Shown here piece by piece: positions 39,104 through 47,748 of a stretch of DNA of 64,000 nt; position 1 is the first letter of the stretch, and every line of letters starts with the position of its first letter. Below the pieces are notes generated by a model. It saw nothing but the letters and a program-made list of their open reading frames with translations, had not been told where the DNA came from and did not search any database. The stretch is taken from positions 2,503,575-2,567,574 of the forward strand of contig OZ224045.1 in NCBI GenBank assembly GCA_963665325.3. The letters are read 5' to 3'. Made by a program: the position numbers and the translations under genes. Source of the DNA: Alphaproteobacteria bacterium. GTDB lineage: Bacteria > Pseudomonadota > Alphaproteobacteria > Bin95.

Positions 39104-39211
39104 TCAAACACCCAAAATGATGTGCTCCCGGCCCATACGGAATGTCGGTGATATTGTCCGCCCCGTCTTCCGTCACCGCCGGGATGTCGTATTCGCGGTA
39201 GCCGTCGGCGC
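39104..39211 (-). pseudogene. Relic second copy of the creatinase 3' end
   Basis: Aligns to 40131-40228 (GYREYDIPAVTEDGADNITDIPYGP vs GYREHDILVVTEDGAENITGFPYGP), with a 1-bp insertion and its own TGA at 39104-06. Confidence 0.85.
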
Positions 39212-39333
39212 GATTCAGACGCTCTCATGCGCCTCCACCCGCCAATGATTGCGGTAGCTCGAAACAGTACTAGGCAACGAGTTGACTGTGCTCGTAATGT
39301 TACGTTAGATGGATTAAATGATAGGAGATCGAC

Positions 39334-39561
39334 ATGACTGACAATGCCGAACCAAGCGCGAGCTGGATTCTCAATTTGGGAGACGAAGTGCAACATAAAT
39401 CTAGACGCAGCCGTCCTAATCGCTGCATGATTGTAATAGGAATTTCGGATAACGATCAAAATGTTGAGTGCGAGTGGACTGACGAAAAAGGGATACCACG
39501 CACTGAATTTTTTCGATCTATTCTATTGAGCAGTATGAACCTGCTGGATTTGGAGTGGTAG
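39334..39561 (+). CDS. Small hypothetical protein, YodC/DUF2158-like, AT-rich
   Basis: AGGAG RBS; LGDEVQHKS...MIV...VECEWTD...TEFF pattern. Confidence 0.6.
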   Translation: MTDNAEPSASWILNLGDEVQHKSRRSRPNRCMIVIGISDNDQNVECEWTDEKGIPRTEFFRSILLSSMNLLDLEW

Positions 39562-39588
39562 TTTTATAATAATTACGGGAGAAGAAAC

Positions 39589-40092
39589 ATGGATATTTCA
39601 GAGTTTGGTGCGGCTTTATCTAGCTTAAAGTCTGCCATCGAAATATGCAAGAGCATCATCGGGTTGAAAACAGATGAAACGACAAAAGCTAAAATAATTG
39701 AACTGCAGATGGCCTTGATGGATACTCAATCATCAGCTCTGTTTGCAATGCAGTCTCAACAGTCACTTCGAGCAAAAATTTTGGAACTAGAAGACGAAAT
39801 AAAAAGATTGAATTCATGGGGTAATCAAGATAAGAGATATTCTTTGATTTCTCCGTGGAGGCACTCGGCTCAAGTGTATGCCCTCAAAGAATCTGAGTCT
39901 AATGGTGAAAATCCACACTTCTTGTGCCCGAATTGCTTTTACAAGAAACAGCGGGTCATCATGGGAACAATTGCAAATGATATGGGACGGCTAGTGCTAA
40001 CGTGTTCATCGTGCAATACTAAAATGGAGACAGGGCGCAGCGGGATAGGTAATCCCAAATTCGCAGAATTCTACGACCGATCAGACGAATAA
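39589..40092 (+). CDS. Hypothetical protein: N-terminal coiled coil plus C-terminal zinc ribbon, AT-rich
   Basis: GGGAG RBS; helical N-half (KIIELQMALM...KILELEDEIKRL); CPNC...CSSC. Confidence 0.8.
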   Translation: MDISEFGAALSSLKSAIEICKSIIGLKTDETTKAKIIELQMALMDTQSSALFAMQSQQSLRAKILELEDEIKRLNSWGNQDKRYSLISPWRHSAQVYALKESESNGENPHFLCPNCFYKKQRVIMGTIANDMGRLVLTCSSCNTKMETGRSGIGNPKFAEFYDRSDE

Positions 40093-40114
40093 TTAGACCA
40101 GTCGTCCGCTACGT

Positions 40115-41323
40115 TCAGTAATGTGCTGGCACAATGTTGTGCTCCGGCCCGTACGGAAACCCCGTGATATTCTCCGCCCCGTCTTCCGTCACGACGAGGA
40201 TGTCGTGTTCGCGGTAGCCGCCGGCGCCGGGGCGGTTTTCGGGGATCGTTATCATCGGCTCCATTGAGAGCACCATGCCGGGCTCCAGCACGGTGTCGAC
40301 GTCCTCGCGCAGCTCCAGGCCGGCCTCGCGGCCGTAATAGTGGGAGAGCACGCCGAAGCTGTGGCCGTAGCCGAAGGTGCGGTATTCCAGCAGGCCGTAG
40401 CCTTCGTAGATTGCGTTGAGCTCGGCCGCGATGTCGCAGCAGCGCGCGCCCGGGCGGATGAGCGCCAGGCCCGCCTCATGCACCTCGACATTGATCTTCC
40501 ACAGGCGCAGATGCCCGTCGGAGCAGGTTTCGGCGAAGAGGGTGCGTTCGAGCGCGGTGTAGTAGCCGGCCATCATCGGGAAGCAGTTCAGCACCATGAT
40601 GTCGCCGCGCTCGATCCGCCGCGAGGTGACGGGATTGTGGGCGCCGTCACTGTTGATGCCGGACTGGAGCCAGGACCATGTGTCCAGAAGCTCCACATGC
40701 GGCTGGCTCCGGGCGATCTCGCGCACCATGGCCTGCGTCGCGTGGAGCGCGACCTCATATTCCGGCACGCCGACGGCGATGGCCTCCACGGCCGCCGCGC
40801 CGCCGATGTCCGCGATGCGCGCACCCTCCTTTATCCAGGCGATCTCCTCGCCGGATTTCACCATGCGCATCCGCATGGCGGGCTTGCCGGCATCCACCAG
40901 CTCCGAGGTCGGCAGCGCGCCCTGCACCTTGCGCAGGGTCTCCACGCTGATGTGGTCGAACTCGACACCGACCCTTGAGCCGTCCGGGATCAGCGTCTTC
41001 ACGGCGGCGAAGTAGTTGTCCCGGTGCCAGTCGGTATAGACGAGGTTGTCCCCGAAGGTCCGCCGCCAGGGCTGCGCCCCGTCCACATTGGGGGTGATGG
41101 TGGTCTGGCCCTCATGCGTGACGACGAGGCCGAACGGGCGCCCGAAGGCCGTGTAGAGGAAGTCGCTGAAATAGGCGATGTTGTGATAGGAGGTGAACAG
41201 GCAGGCGTCGATCCGCCTCTCCGCCATATGGGCGCGCAGAGCGTCGAGCCGGCGCTCCATCTCGGCGGCGGAAAATGTGGGCTTCGGCGCCCGGCCGTTG
41301 CGGATCGTCCTGAGCTGTTCCAT
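40115..41323 (-). CDS. Creatinase (creatine amidinohydrolase, M24 family)
   Basis: FTSYHNI, QPWRR, QSGINSDGAHNPVT, GYYTALERTLF, FGYGHSFGVLSHYYGREAGLELRED, GAGGYREHDIL. Confidence 0.93.
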   Translation of the reverse strand: MEQLRTIRNGRAPKPTFSAAEMERRLDALRAHMAERRIDACLFTSYHNIAYFSDFLYTAFGRPFGLVVTHEGQTTITPNVDGAQPWRRTFGDNLVYTDWHRDNYFAAVKTLIPDGSRVGVEFDHISVETLRKVQGALPTSELVDAGKPAMRMRMVKSGEEIAWIKEGARIADIGGAAAVEAIAVGVPEYEVALHATQAMVREIARSQPHVELLDTWSWLQSGINSDGAHNPVTSRRIERGDIMVLNCFPMMAGYYTALERTLFAETCSDGHLRLWKINVEVHEAGLALIRPGARCCDIAAELNAIYEGYGLLEYRTFGYGHSFGVLSHYYGREAGLELREDVDTVLEPGMVLSMEPMITIPENRPGAGGYREHDILVVTEDGAENITGFPYGPEHNIVPAHY

Positions 41324-41444
41324 CGCCGTAATCCCCTCGCCGGTGAATCGCCGGATAGCAGCATTTTCGGAGCCGGCGGCAAAGGGCCTCGACAAGCGTC
41401 CCCGCTGCTGTCATGCGGGCGCTTTGCCGCAGGGGACGAGCCCG

Positions 41445-42638
41445 ATGTTCGACGAATTCCAAAGCGCTCGATTGGGCCATATTGCAGGGCTCCGCCGGAG
41501 CGGGGACGCCGCCGGCCGCGTGCTGACCGCCGCCGATTTCGCCGGTGCGGTTGCGGAGATCGCACAATGGGAGGGCTATCGGCCGACGCCGCTCGTGGAA
41601 CTGGACGCGCTTGCGGGCGCGCTGGGCCTCGCGAAAGTGCTCTACAAGGACGAAGGGCCGCGCTTCGGGCTCGGCAGCTTCAAGGCGCTTGGCGGGGCCT
41701 ATGCCGCGCTTCGGGTGTTGCAGCAGGAGATTTCGCGGGCGTTGGGGCGGCCCGTTTCGCCGGACGACATCCGCAGCGGCAGGCATGCCGACCTCGCCTC
41801 CCGGATCGTGCTGGTGACGGCCACCGACGGCAATCACGGCCGCTCGCTCGCCTGGGGCTGCCGGCGGTTCGGCGCGCCCTGCCGCATCTATATCCATGCG
41901 GAGGTGAGCGAAGCCCGCGCCGAGGCCATGCGCGCGCTCGGCGCAGACATGGTCCGCATCGACGGCAATTACGACGACTCGGTCGCGCTTGCGCGCGAGG
42001 AGGCCGAGGCGAACGGCTGGTTCGTGGTCTCGGACACGTCATGGCCGGGCTACACGGAGACGCCGCGCGACGTGATGGCGGGCTACGGGGTCATGGTGAA
42101 GGAGGTTTGCGACGCGCTCGACCGGCCGCCGACCCATGCCTTCCTCCAGGCCGGCGTCGGCGGGCTGGCAGCCGCCGTGGCAGCCGGCCTGCGGCAGCAA
42201 TGGGGCAGGGAGGCGCCGCGCGTCGTCGTGGTGGAGCCGGAACTGGCCGCCTGCCTGTTCGAGAGCGCCCGGGCCGGCAGGATGACCTGCATCCGCGTCG
42301 AGGAGGAAACCGTCATGGCTGGCCTTTCCTGCGGCGAGCCGTCCGGCATTGCCTGGGAAATCCTGGTGGAAGAGGCGAGCGACTTCGTGACGGTGCCGGA
42401 GAGCTTCGTCGGCCCTGCTTCGCGCCTGCTGGCGCGCCCCGTCGGGAACGACCCGGAGATCGAAGCCGGGGAAAGCGCCGTCGCCGGGCTCGCCGCGACG
42501 ATCGCCGCGGCAGGAAGCGAAGAGATGCGCGGCGCCCTTGGCCTGGATGCAGGCTCCCGCGTGCTGCTGATCGGCTCCGAAGGCGTCACCGACCCCGACG
42601 CCTATGCCGCCATCATGGCTGCCGGCGGCGGCGCCTGA
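41445..42638 (+). CDS. Diaminopropionate ammonia-lyase
   Basis: YKDEGPRFGLGSFKALGG, TATDGNHG, SDTSWPGY, QAGVGG, MAGLSCGEPS. Confidence 0.92.
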   Translation: MFDEFQSARLGHIAGLRRSGDAAGRVLTAADFAGAVAEIAQWEGYRPTPLVELDALAGALGLAKVLYKDEGPRFGLGSFKALGGAYAALRVLQQEISRALGRPVSPDDIRSGRHADLASRIVLVTATDGNHGRSLAWGCRRFGAPCRIYIHAEVSEARAEAMRALGADMVRIDGNYDDSVALAREEAEANGWFVVSDTSWPGYTETPRDVMAGYGVMVKEVCDALDRPPTHAFLQAGVGGLAAAVAAGLRQQWGREAPRVVVVEPELAACLFESARAGRMTCIRVEEETVMAGLSCGEPSGIAWEILVEEASDFVTVPESFVGPASRLLARPVGNDPEIEAGESAVAGLAATIAAAGSEEMRGALGLDAGSRVLLIGSEGVTDPDAYAAIMAAGGGA

Positions 42639-42703
42639 TACCGGCGGTCGTCGATCGGAACCGATAGCGAGGACGCCCCTGCCGTCGGCCCGGTCCTCTG
42701 TCC

Positions 42704-42843
42704 CTTCATCCCGAGTAGCGGCGTCAGTCGTTTTCCCCCTCATTCCGAGTAGCGGCGTCAGCCGCGTATCGAGGGAGGCGTTTCCATCGGCGGGACGGTC
42801 CTTCGATACGCACCCGCTGGCGCGGGCGCTACTCAGGATGAGG
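42704..42843. repeat. Alpha-type palindromic intergenic repeat with duplicated left arm
   Basis: CCTCATTCCGAGTAGCG (42738)...CGCTACTCAGGATGAGG (42843) outer IR; CGTATCGAGGGA/TCCTTCGATACG inner IR; left arm repeated 34 bp upstream. Confidence 0.75.
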
Positions 42844-42855
42844 AGAGGGCCGGGA

Positions 42856-42971
42856 CGCCGAGCGGGGCGGCGCCAACGCCGCCATTTGTAACAATCGCCG
42901 CGTTCGGCGCGGCGGCGCCAACGCCGCCATCCGAAATGTTCGCCGCGTTCGGCGCGGCGGCGCCAACCCAT
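42856..42971. repeat. 45-bp-period repeat: 35-bp GC-rich unit plus 10-bp AT-rich variable spacer (about 3 units)
   Basis: CGCCGCGTTCGGCGCGGCGGCGCCAAC at 42896 and 42941, degenerate copy at 42856; spacers TTGTAACAAT and CCGAAATGTT. Confidence 0.8.
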
Positions 42972-43066
42972 AAGTCTCAACCCGGCACGGTTGGTATGAC
43001 CCGTCTTCCCGTGCCGCCGGTCGGCCATGTAGAGTGGCCGGGTATCGGGAGGGGGCCGCTGCACCC

Positions 43067-44311
43067 GTGAAGCTGAACGGTGAAGAAGAGGCCATGCTGG
43101 CCGGGGAGATGGGCGAGCCCCGGCGCTGGGCCATGGAACACATGGTCGAGGTCGGCCGCATGTTCGACGCCGGGGACTTCGTGCCCGTCGCGCAGGCGCA
43201 CATGATGGCCGACACGGAATCGCTGGGCGAGGCGGGCGTGGCGTTCCTGGAGGGTTTGGCCGCCCATCCGCAGGCCGAGCGCCGGGTGCGCGTGCCGATG
43301 CTGACCGATCCGCGCGGCGTCGATCTCTCCTATTACCGCCCGCTCGGCCAGACCGAGGAAATGGCGGACCTCGAACGGCGCACCATCGCCGCCTGCACCG
43401 CGCTCGGCATCCTGATGACCGACAGCTGCGTCACCTACCAGACGATCATGCCGCCTGTGCGCGGCGAGCATGTGGCCTATGGCGACACCGGCGTGGTGAT
43501 CTACTGCAACAGTGTGCTGGGCGCGCGGTCCAACTTCGAGGGCGGCCCCTCTGCAATGGCGGCCGGCCTCACCGGACGGACGCCGCGTTACGGCTTGCAT
43601 CTCGACCGAAACAGGCGGGCCACGAGGCGCTTCATCGTTGCCGAACGTCCGGAAGGGCTGACCGATTGGGGCGTGCTCGGGGGGCTGATCGGGCGGCTAT
43701 GCGGTTCCTACTGGGAGGTGCCTGTGCTGGAAGGCATCGAGGGCGCGCCGACCTCGGACGAGATGAAGCATTTCGGCGCGGCCATGGCGAGCTTCGGCTC
43801 GACGCCGCTCTTCCATATCGTCGGCGTGACGCCCGAGGCGCCCGACCTCGAAGCTGTCTGCGACGGCCCGCCGCCCGAGCCGGTCGAGATCGGACGGGAG
43901 GATCTGGAGGGCCTGTGCGGTAAATTCGGCGCGAGCGGCGACGAGGTGGATGTGGTCGTGTTCGCTGCCCCGCAGCTCAGCCATGTCGAGATGGCGCGGG
44001 TCGCGGATCTGCTGGACGGCCGCCATGTCCACGAGCGGACGGCGCTGGTCGTCTGCACCTCGCCCACGGTGGCGGCGGACTGCGAGCGGCTCGGAATCGT
44101 CGGGCGCATCGAGGCGGCCGGCGCGGTCGTGCTGCGCGGCACCTGCTTCTACAACCAGTATGCGCGCGAGATCGGCGAGGCGAACGGCTGGACCCGCCTG
44201 CTCAGCAACTCGGTCAAGATCGTCAACATATTGGGCGGCTACGGCTACCGCCCGGCGCTGGCCAGCATGGAGGACTGCGTGACCGCGGCCGTGACGGGGC
44301 GCGTCCCGTGA
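43067..44311 (+). CDS. Aconitase X catalytic subunit (DUF521)
   Basis: EEEAMLAGEMG, CVTYQ, GEHVAYGDTGVVIYCNSVLGARSN, TGRTPRYGLH, FGAAMASFGS, APQLS. Confidence 0.88.
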   Translation: MKLNGEEEAMLAGEMGEPRRWAMEHMVEVGRMFDAGDFVPVAQAHMMADTESLGEAGVAFLEGLAAHPQAERRVRVPMLTDPRGVDLSYYRPLGQTEEMADLERRTIAACTALGILMTDSCVTYQTIMPPVRGEHVAYGDTGVVIYCNSVLGARSNFEGGPSAMAAGLTGRTPRYGLHLDRNRRATRRFIVAERPEGLTDWGVLGGLIGRLCGSYWEVPVLEGIEGAPTSDEMKHFGAAMASFGSTPLFHIVGVTPEAPDLEAVCDGPPPEPVEIGREDLEGLCGKFGASGDEVDVVVFAAPQLSHVEMARVADLLDGRHVHERTALVVCTSPTVAADCERLGIVGRIEAAGAVVLRGTCFYNQYAREIGEANGWTRLLSNSVKIVNILGGYGYRPALASMEDCVTAAVTGRVP

Positions 44312-44739
44312 CGCGCCGGCTGCGCTGCCATCCCGGCATCGGGCCGAGGGTTGAGGGCGAGGCGCTGGTCGCGGATGACGACTTCTCCGCCCGCTACGAC
44401 CTCGACCGGCTCGCCGGCACCTTCTCGCGGCCGGGGCACAAGCTGGCGGGCTTGTCCTATGTGGACAGGGTGCTGGTGCTGAACACCGCCAAGGGCGGGG
44501 TCGCGTCCGCCTGGATGCTGCGCGAGATGGCGGCGCGCGGGCTCGCCCCGAAGGCGATCCTGTTCAACGCCGCCAACACGATCCTCGCCCAGGGCGCGGC
44601 CTTCGCCGGCATGGCGCTCTGCGACCGCTTCGAGGACGGCGACATCACCCGCCTGATCGCCACCGGCGACCGCGTCATCGTCGATCCCCCGGCGGGCCTG
44701 GTGACGGTGGTGGGCAAGGCGGCCGATTTCGCGGCTTGA
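44308..44739 (+). CDS. Aconitase X swivel subunit (DUF126)
   Basis: VEGEALV, FSARYD, HKLAG, AKGG, APKAILF; GTGA overlap. Confidence 0.85.
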   Translation: MTRRLRCHPGIGPRVEGEALVADDDFSARYDLDRLAGTFSRPGHKLAGLSYVDRVLVLNTAKGGVASAWMLREMAARGLAPKAILFNAANTILAQGAAFAGMALCDRFEDGDITRLIATGDRVIVDPPAGLVTVVGKAADFAA

Positions 44740-44790
44740 CGGGGCGGGCGCCGCAAACAAGGCTTTCGCATCTGCGTCCGGGAGGCTTCC

Positions 44791-46398
44791 ATGTACCGCT
44801 TCGACCTCACCGAGTCCTACATTCCCGCCCAGACCGACGATGTCGTGCTGGAGACAACGGTCGGCGGCCAGTTGCGCGACATGGCGGCCAGGCGCGGCGG
44901 CTCGACGGCGCTGGTGGAGGTCGACCTCGACGGCGAGAACGGGCGGCGCTGGACCTATGCGGAACTGCTGGCGGACAGCGAGCGGCTCGCGAGCGCGCTG
45001 GCGTCGCGCTTCGCGCCGGGCGAGCGGCTGGTGGTCTGGGCGCCGAACGTGCCGGAATGGGTGTTGATGGAATATGCCTGCGGGCTCGCGGGCCTCATCC
45101 TCGTGACGGCCAACCCCTCCTACCAGACGGCCGAACTGCGCTATGTGCTTGAGCAGTCGGGCGCGTCCGCGCTGTTTTCGGTGGAGAGCTACCGGGGCAA
45201 TCCGATGGCGGAGATCGCCGTCGCCGCGTGCGATGGCCTGGCGGCGGTGCGCGAGCTCGTCGATCTCGACGATCACGCGGCGCTCTACCGTGTCGGAGAC
45301 CGGCCGGCGGAACTGCCCGAAGTCACCCCCGACGATGCGGCGCAGATCCAGTACACCTCCGGCACGACGGGCTTCCCCAAGGGGGCCGTGCTGTCGCACC
45401 GCTCGCTTACCAACAATGCGCGCTACTGCGCCATACGGTCGGGTACCCGGCCGGACTCGGTCTGGGCGAACTTCATGCCGATGTTCCACACCAGCGGCTG
45501 CGGGCTGATTACCCTGGGCGCGCTCCAGTCGGGCTGCGCAATGTATCTCGTCAAGCTGTTCGACCCGGCCGCCATCCTGCGCCTGATCGAGCGCGAGAAG
45601 GTAACGGCGATCCTGGGCGTGCCGACCATGCTGGTCGCGATGATGGAATGCCTCGATCAGGAGCCGTTCGACCTCTCCTCGGTGGAAATCGCGGTTTCCG
45701 GCGGCTCGATGGTCGCGCCCGAACTGGTGCGCAATGCGAGGGAGCGTTTCGGCTGCGAGTTCGAGACGGTGTACGGGCAGACCGAGGCGTCGCCGCTCGT
45801 CACCCAGCACCATTTCGGCGAGAGCCTCGACATCATCTGCAACACGGCCGGCCTGCCGATGGCGCAGACGGAGGTCTCCATCCGCAGCGTTGACGGGGAA
45901 AACAGGGTCGTTCCCGTCGATGAGGTCGGGGAGATATGCGTGCGCGGCTACTGCGTGATGATCGGCTACCACGACAACCCGTCAGCGACGGCGGACGCCA
46001 TCGACGCCGACGGCTGGCTTCACACGGGCGACCTCGGCACGCTCGACCGGCAGGGCTATCTGCGCATTACCGGGCGGGTAAAGGAGATGATTATCCGGGG
46101 CGGCGAGAACCTGTTCCCGGCCGAAATCGAGAACACGTTGCTGGAGCACCCAGACGTGGCCGAGGTCGCCGTGGTCGGGCTGCCGGACGACAGATGGGGC
46201 GAGATCGTCGCCTGCTTCGTGCGCATGGAGCCGGGCCGGGAAATGGACCCGCAGGAACTTCGCCGCCACTGCCGCGTCCATCTCTCGCCGCAGAAGACGC
46301 CGGTCGTGTGGCGCGAGGTCCCCGCCTTCCCGCTCACCGGCTCCGGCAAGATCCGGAAGTTCCAGCTGGCGGAGGACTATGTAGCGGAGACCGCCTAG
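44791..46398 (+). CDS. AMP-binding acyl-CoA synthetase
   Basis: QYTSGTTGFPKG, YGQTE, WLHTGDLG, GRVKEMIIRGGEN, GSGKIRK. Confidence 0.93.
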   Translation: MYRFDLTESYIPAQTDDVVLETTVGGQLRDMAARRGGSTALVEVDLDGENGRRWTYAELLADSERLASALASRFAPGERLVVWAPNVPEWVLMEYACGLAGLILVTANPSYQTAELRYVLEQSGASALFSVESYRGNPMAEIAVAACDGLAAVRELVDLDDHAALYRVGDRPAELPEVTPDDAAQIQYTSGTTGFPKGAVLSHRSLTNNARYCAIRSGTRPDSVWANFMPMFHTSGCGLITLGALQSGCAMYLVKLFDPAAILRLIEREKVTAILGVPTMLVAMMECLDQEPFDLSSVEIAVSGGSMVAPELVRNARERFGCEFETVYGQTEASPLVTQHHFGESLDIICNTAGLPMAQTEVSIRSVDGENRVVPVDEVGEICVRGYCVMIGYHDNPSATADAIDADGWLHTGDLGTLDRQGYLRITGRVKEMIIRGGENLFPAEIENTLLEHPDVAEVAVVGLPDDRWGEIVACFVRMEPGREMDPQELRRHCRVHLSPQKTPVVWREVPAFPLTGSGKIRKFQLAEDYVAETA

Positions 46399-46416
46399 CC
46401 GCGCCCTTTCGTGGAG

Positions 46417-47583
46417 CTACAGGCTCCGGTAAACCGCCGTCTCGAAGTCCAGGAAGAGGGGCAGGGACTTCTCGTCGGCGAAGGGCAGGACCTGGGTCAT
46501 GTAGGCGCCGCCGATGCCTTTGGCCGGGTCGATCCAGAAATAGGAGTTGGCGAGGCCGGCCCAGGCGAGGCTTCCGGCCGTCCGGCCGGTGGGCGCTTCC
46601 TCATTGTTGATCATGAAGGTCAGCCCCCAGGTCTTCTCCATGCCGGGGAAGAACTCCGCGTCGTTGGAGTAGGGCGGCATGGCCGTAGCCAGCTTCACGA
46701 CGCGGGTGTCGCCGATGCTGTTGGCCGACATGGCTTCGACGGTCTCGGGCCTGAGTACCCGATGGCCGTTCGCCGCGCCCTTGTTCAGGATCATGCGGAT
46801 GAATTTGAGATAGTCGCCGACGGTGGAATAGAGGCCGCCCCCGCCCATCTCGAACTCGGGGTTCTGCTCGACCATGAACTCCATCGGGGCCCAGGCGCCG
46901 TCCTCGCCGCGCACATGGACCGTCGCCAGCCGCTCCTGCATCTGAGGCGAGACCTTGAAGGCGGTGTCGCCCATGCCGAGCGGCTCGAAGATGTTTTCCT
47001 TCATATACTGCCCGAGCTTCTGGCCGCTCACCGCCTCGACCATCTTGCCGGCCCAGTCGATGCCGATGCCATAGTCCCAGCGCTCGCCCGGATCGAACAG
47101 CAGCGGCGTCGTCAGCGCCGCGTTCTCGCAGCTGGTGATCTGCGGCACGCCCTTCGCCTCCTGGTAGGCGAGGATGTCCGTGTTCCATATCTCGTACACA
47201 TAGCCCGAGGTGTGGGTGAGCAGGTGGCGCAGCGTCACCGGGCGCTTCGGCGGGCGCGTCTTCGGCTGGCCCTCATCGTCGAAGCCTTCCAGCACCCCGA
47301 CCTCGCCGAGATAGGGGATGACCGCGCTGGCCGGCCCGTCCAGTTCCAGCTTGCCTTGCTCGACCATCTGCATCGCCGCTGCGCCGGTGATGGCCTTGGT
47401 CATGGAGGCTATCCAGCCGACCGTATCCGGTGTCATGGCCACACCGCTGCCGACCGCCCGTTCGCCGGAGCCGCCTTCATAGACGGTCCCGTCCGCCGTC
47501 GTCGCCGCAGCCACGACGCCGGGCACATCGCCCCTCGAAACCGCAGCTTCCAGGATTCCGTCCACGCTGTCCCTGAGCGCCAT
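46417..47583 (-). CDS. Serine hydrolase, beta-lactamase-like esterase (family VIII)
   Basis: SMTK (SxxK), LLTHTSG, PGERWDYG, WAGLANSYFWIDP. Confidence 0.92.
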   Translation of the reverse strand: MALRDSVDGILEAAVSRGDVPGVVAAATTADGTVYEGGSGERAVGSGVAMTPDTVGWIASMTKAITGAAAMQMVEQGKLELDGPASAVIPYLGEVGVLEGFDDEGQPKTRPPKRPVTLRHLLTHTSGYVYEIWNTDILAYQEAKGVPQITSCENAALTTPLLFDPGERWDYGIGIDWAGKMVEAVSGQKLGQYMKENIFEPLGMGDTAFKVSPQMQERLATVHVRGEDGAWAPMEFMVEQNPEFEMGGGGLYSTVGDYLKFIRMILNKGAANGHRVLRPETVEAMSANSIGDTRVVKLATAMPPYSNDAEFFPGMEKTWGLTFMINNEEAPTGRTAGSLAWAGLANSYFWIDPAKGIGGAYMTQVLPFADEKSLPLFLDFETAVYRSL

Positions 47584-47619
47584 GGGTACCTCCCGCCGAA
47601 CCGGCCCGTTCTCGATGGT

Positions 47620-47695
<76 letters not shown>

Positions 47696-47748
47696 CACCG
47701 GGATGCGAGATTTATCCCTTTCCGTGCCGCCTGTCGAGAACGGGAGGG

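Noticed and set aside
37700-40110. Integron cassette array
   Set aside because: No intI and no recurring attC-like sites seen between the small genes
39104-40228. Diversity-generating retroelement TR/VR pair
   Set aside because: Mismatches between the two creatinase-end copies are not adenine-specific on either strand, and there is no reverse transcriptase in the window
42856-42971. CRISPR array
   Set aside because: Spacers are only 10 bp, there are about 3 units, and no cas genes or AT-rich leader are present
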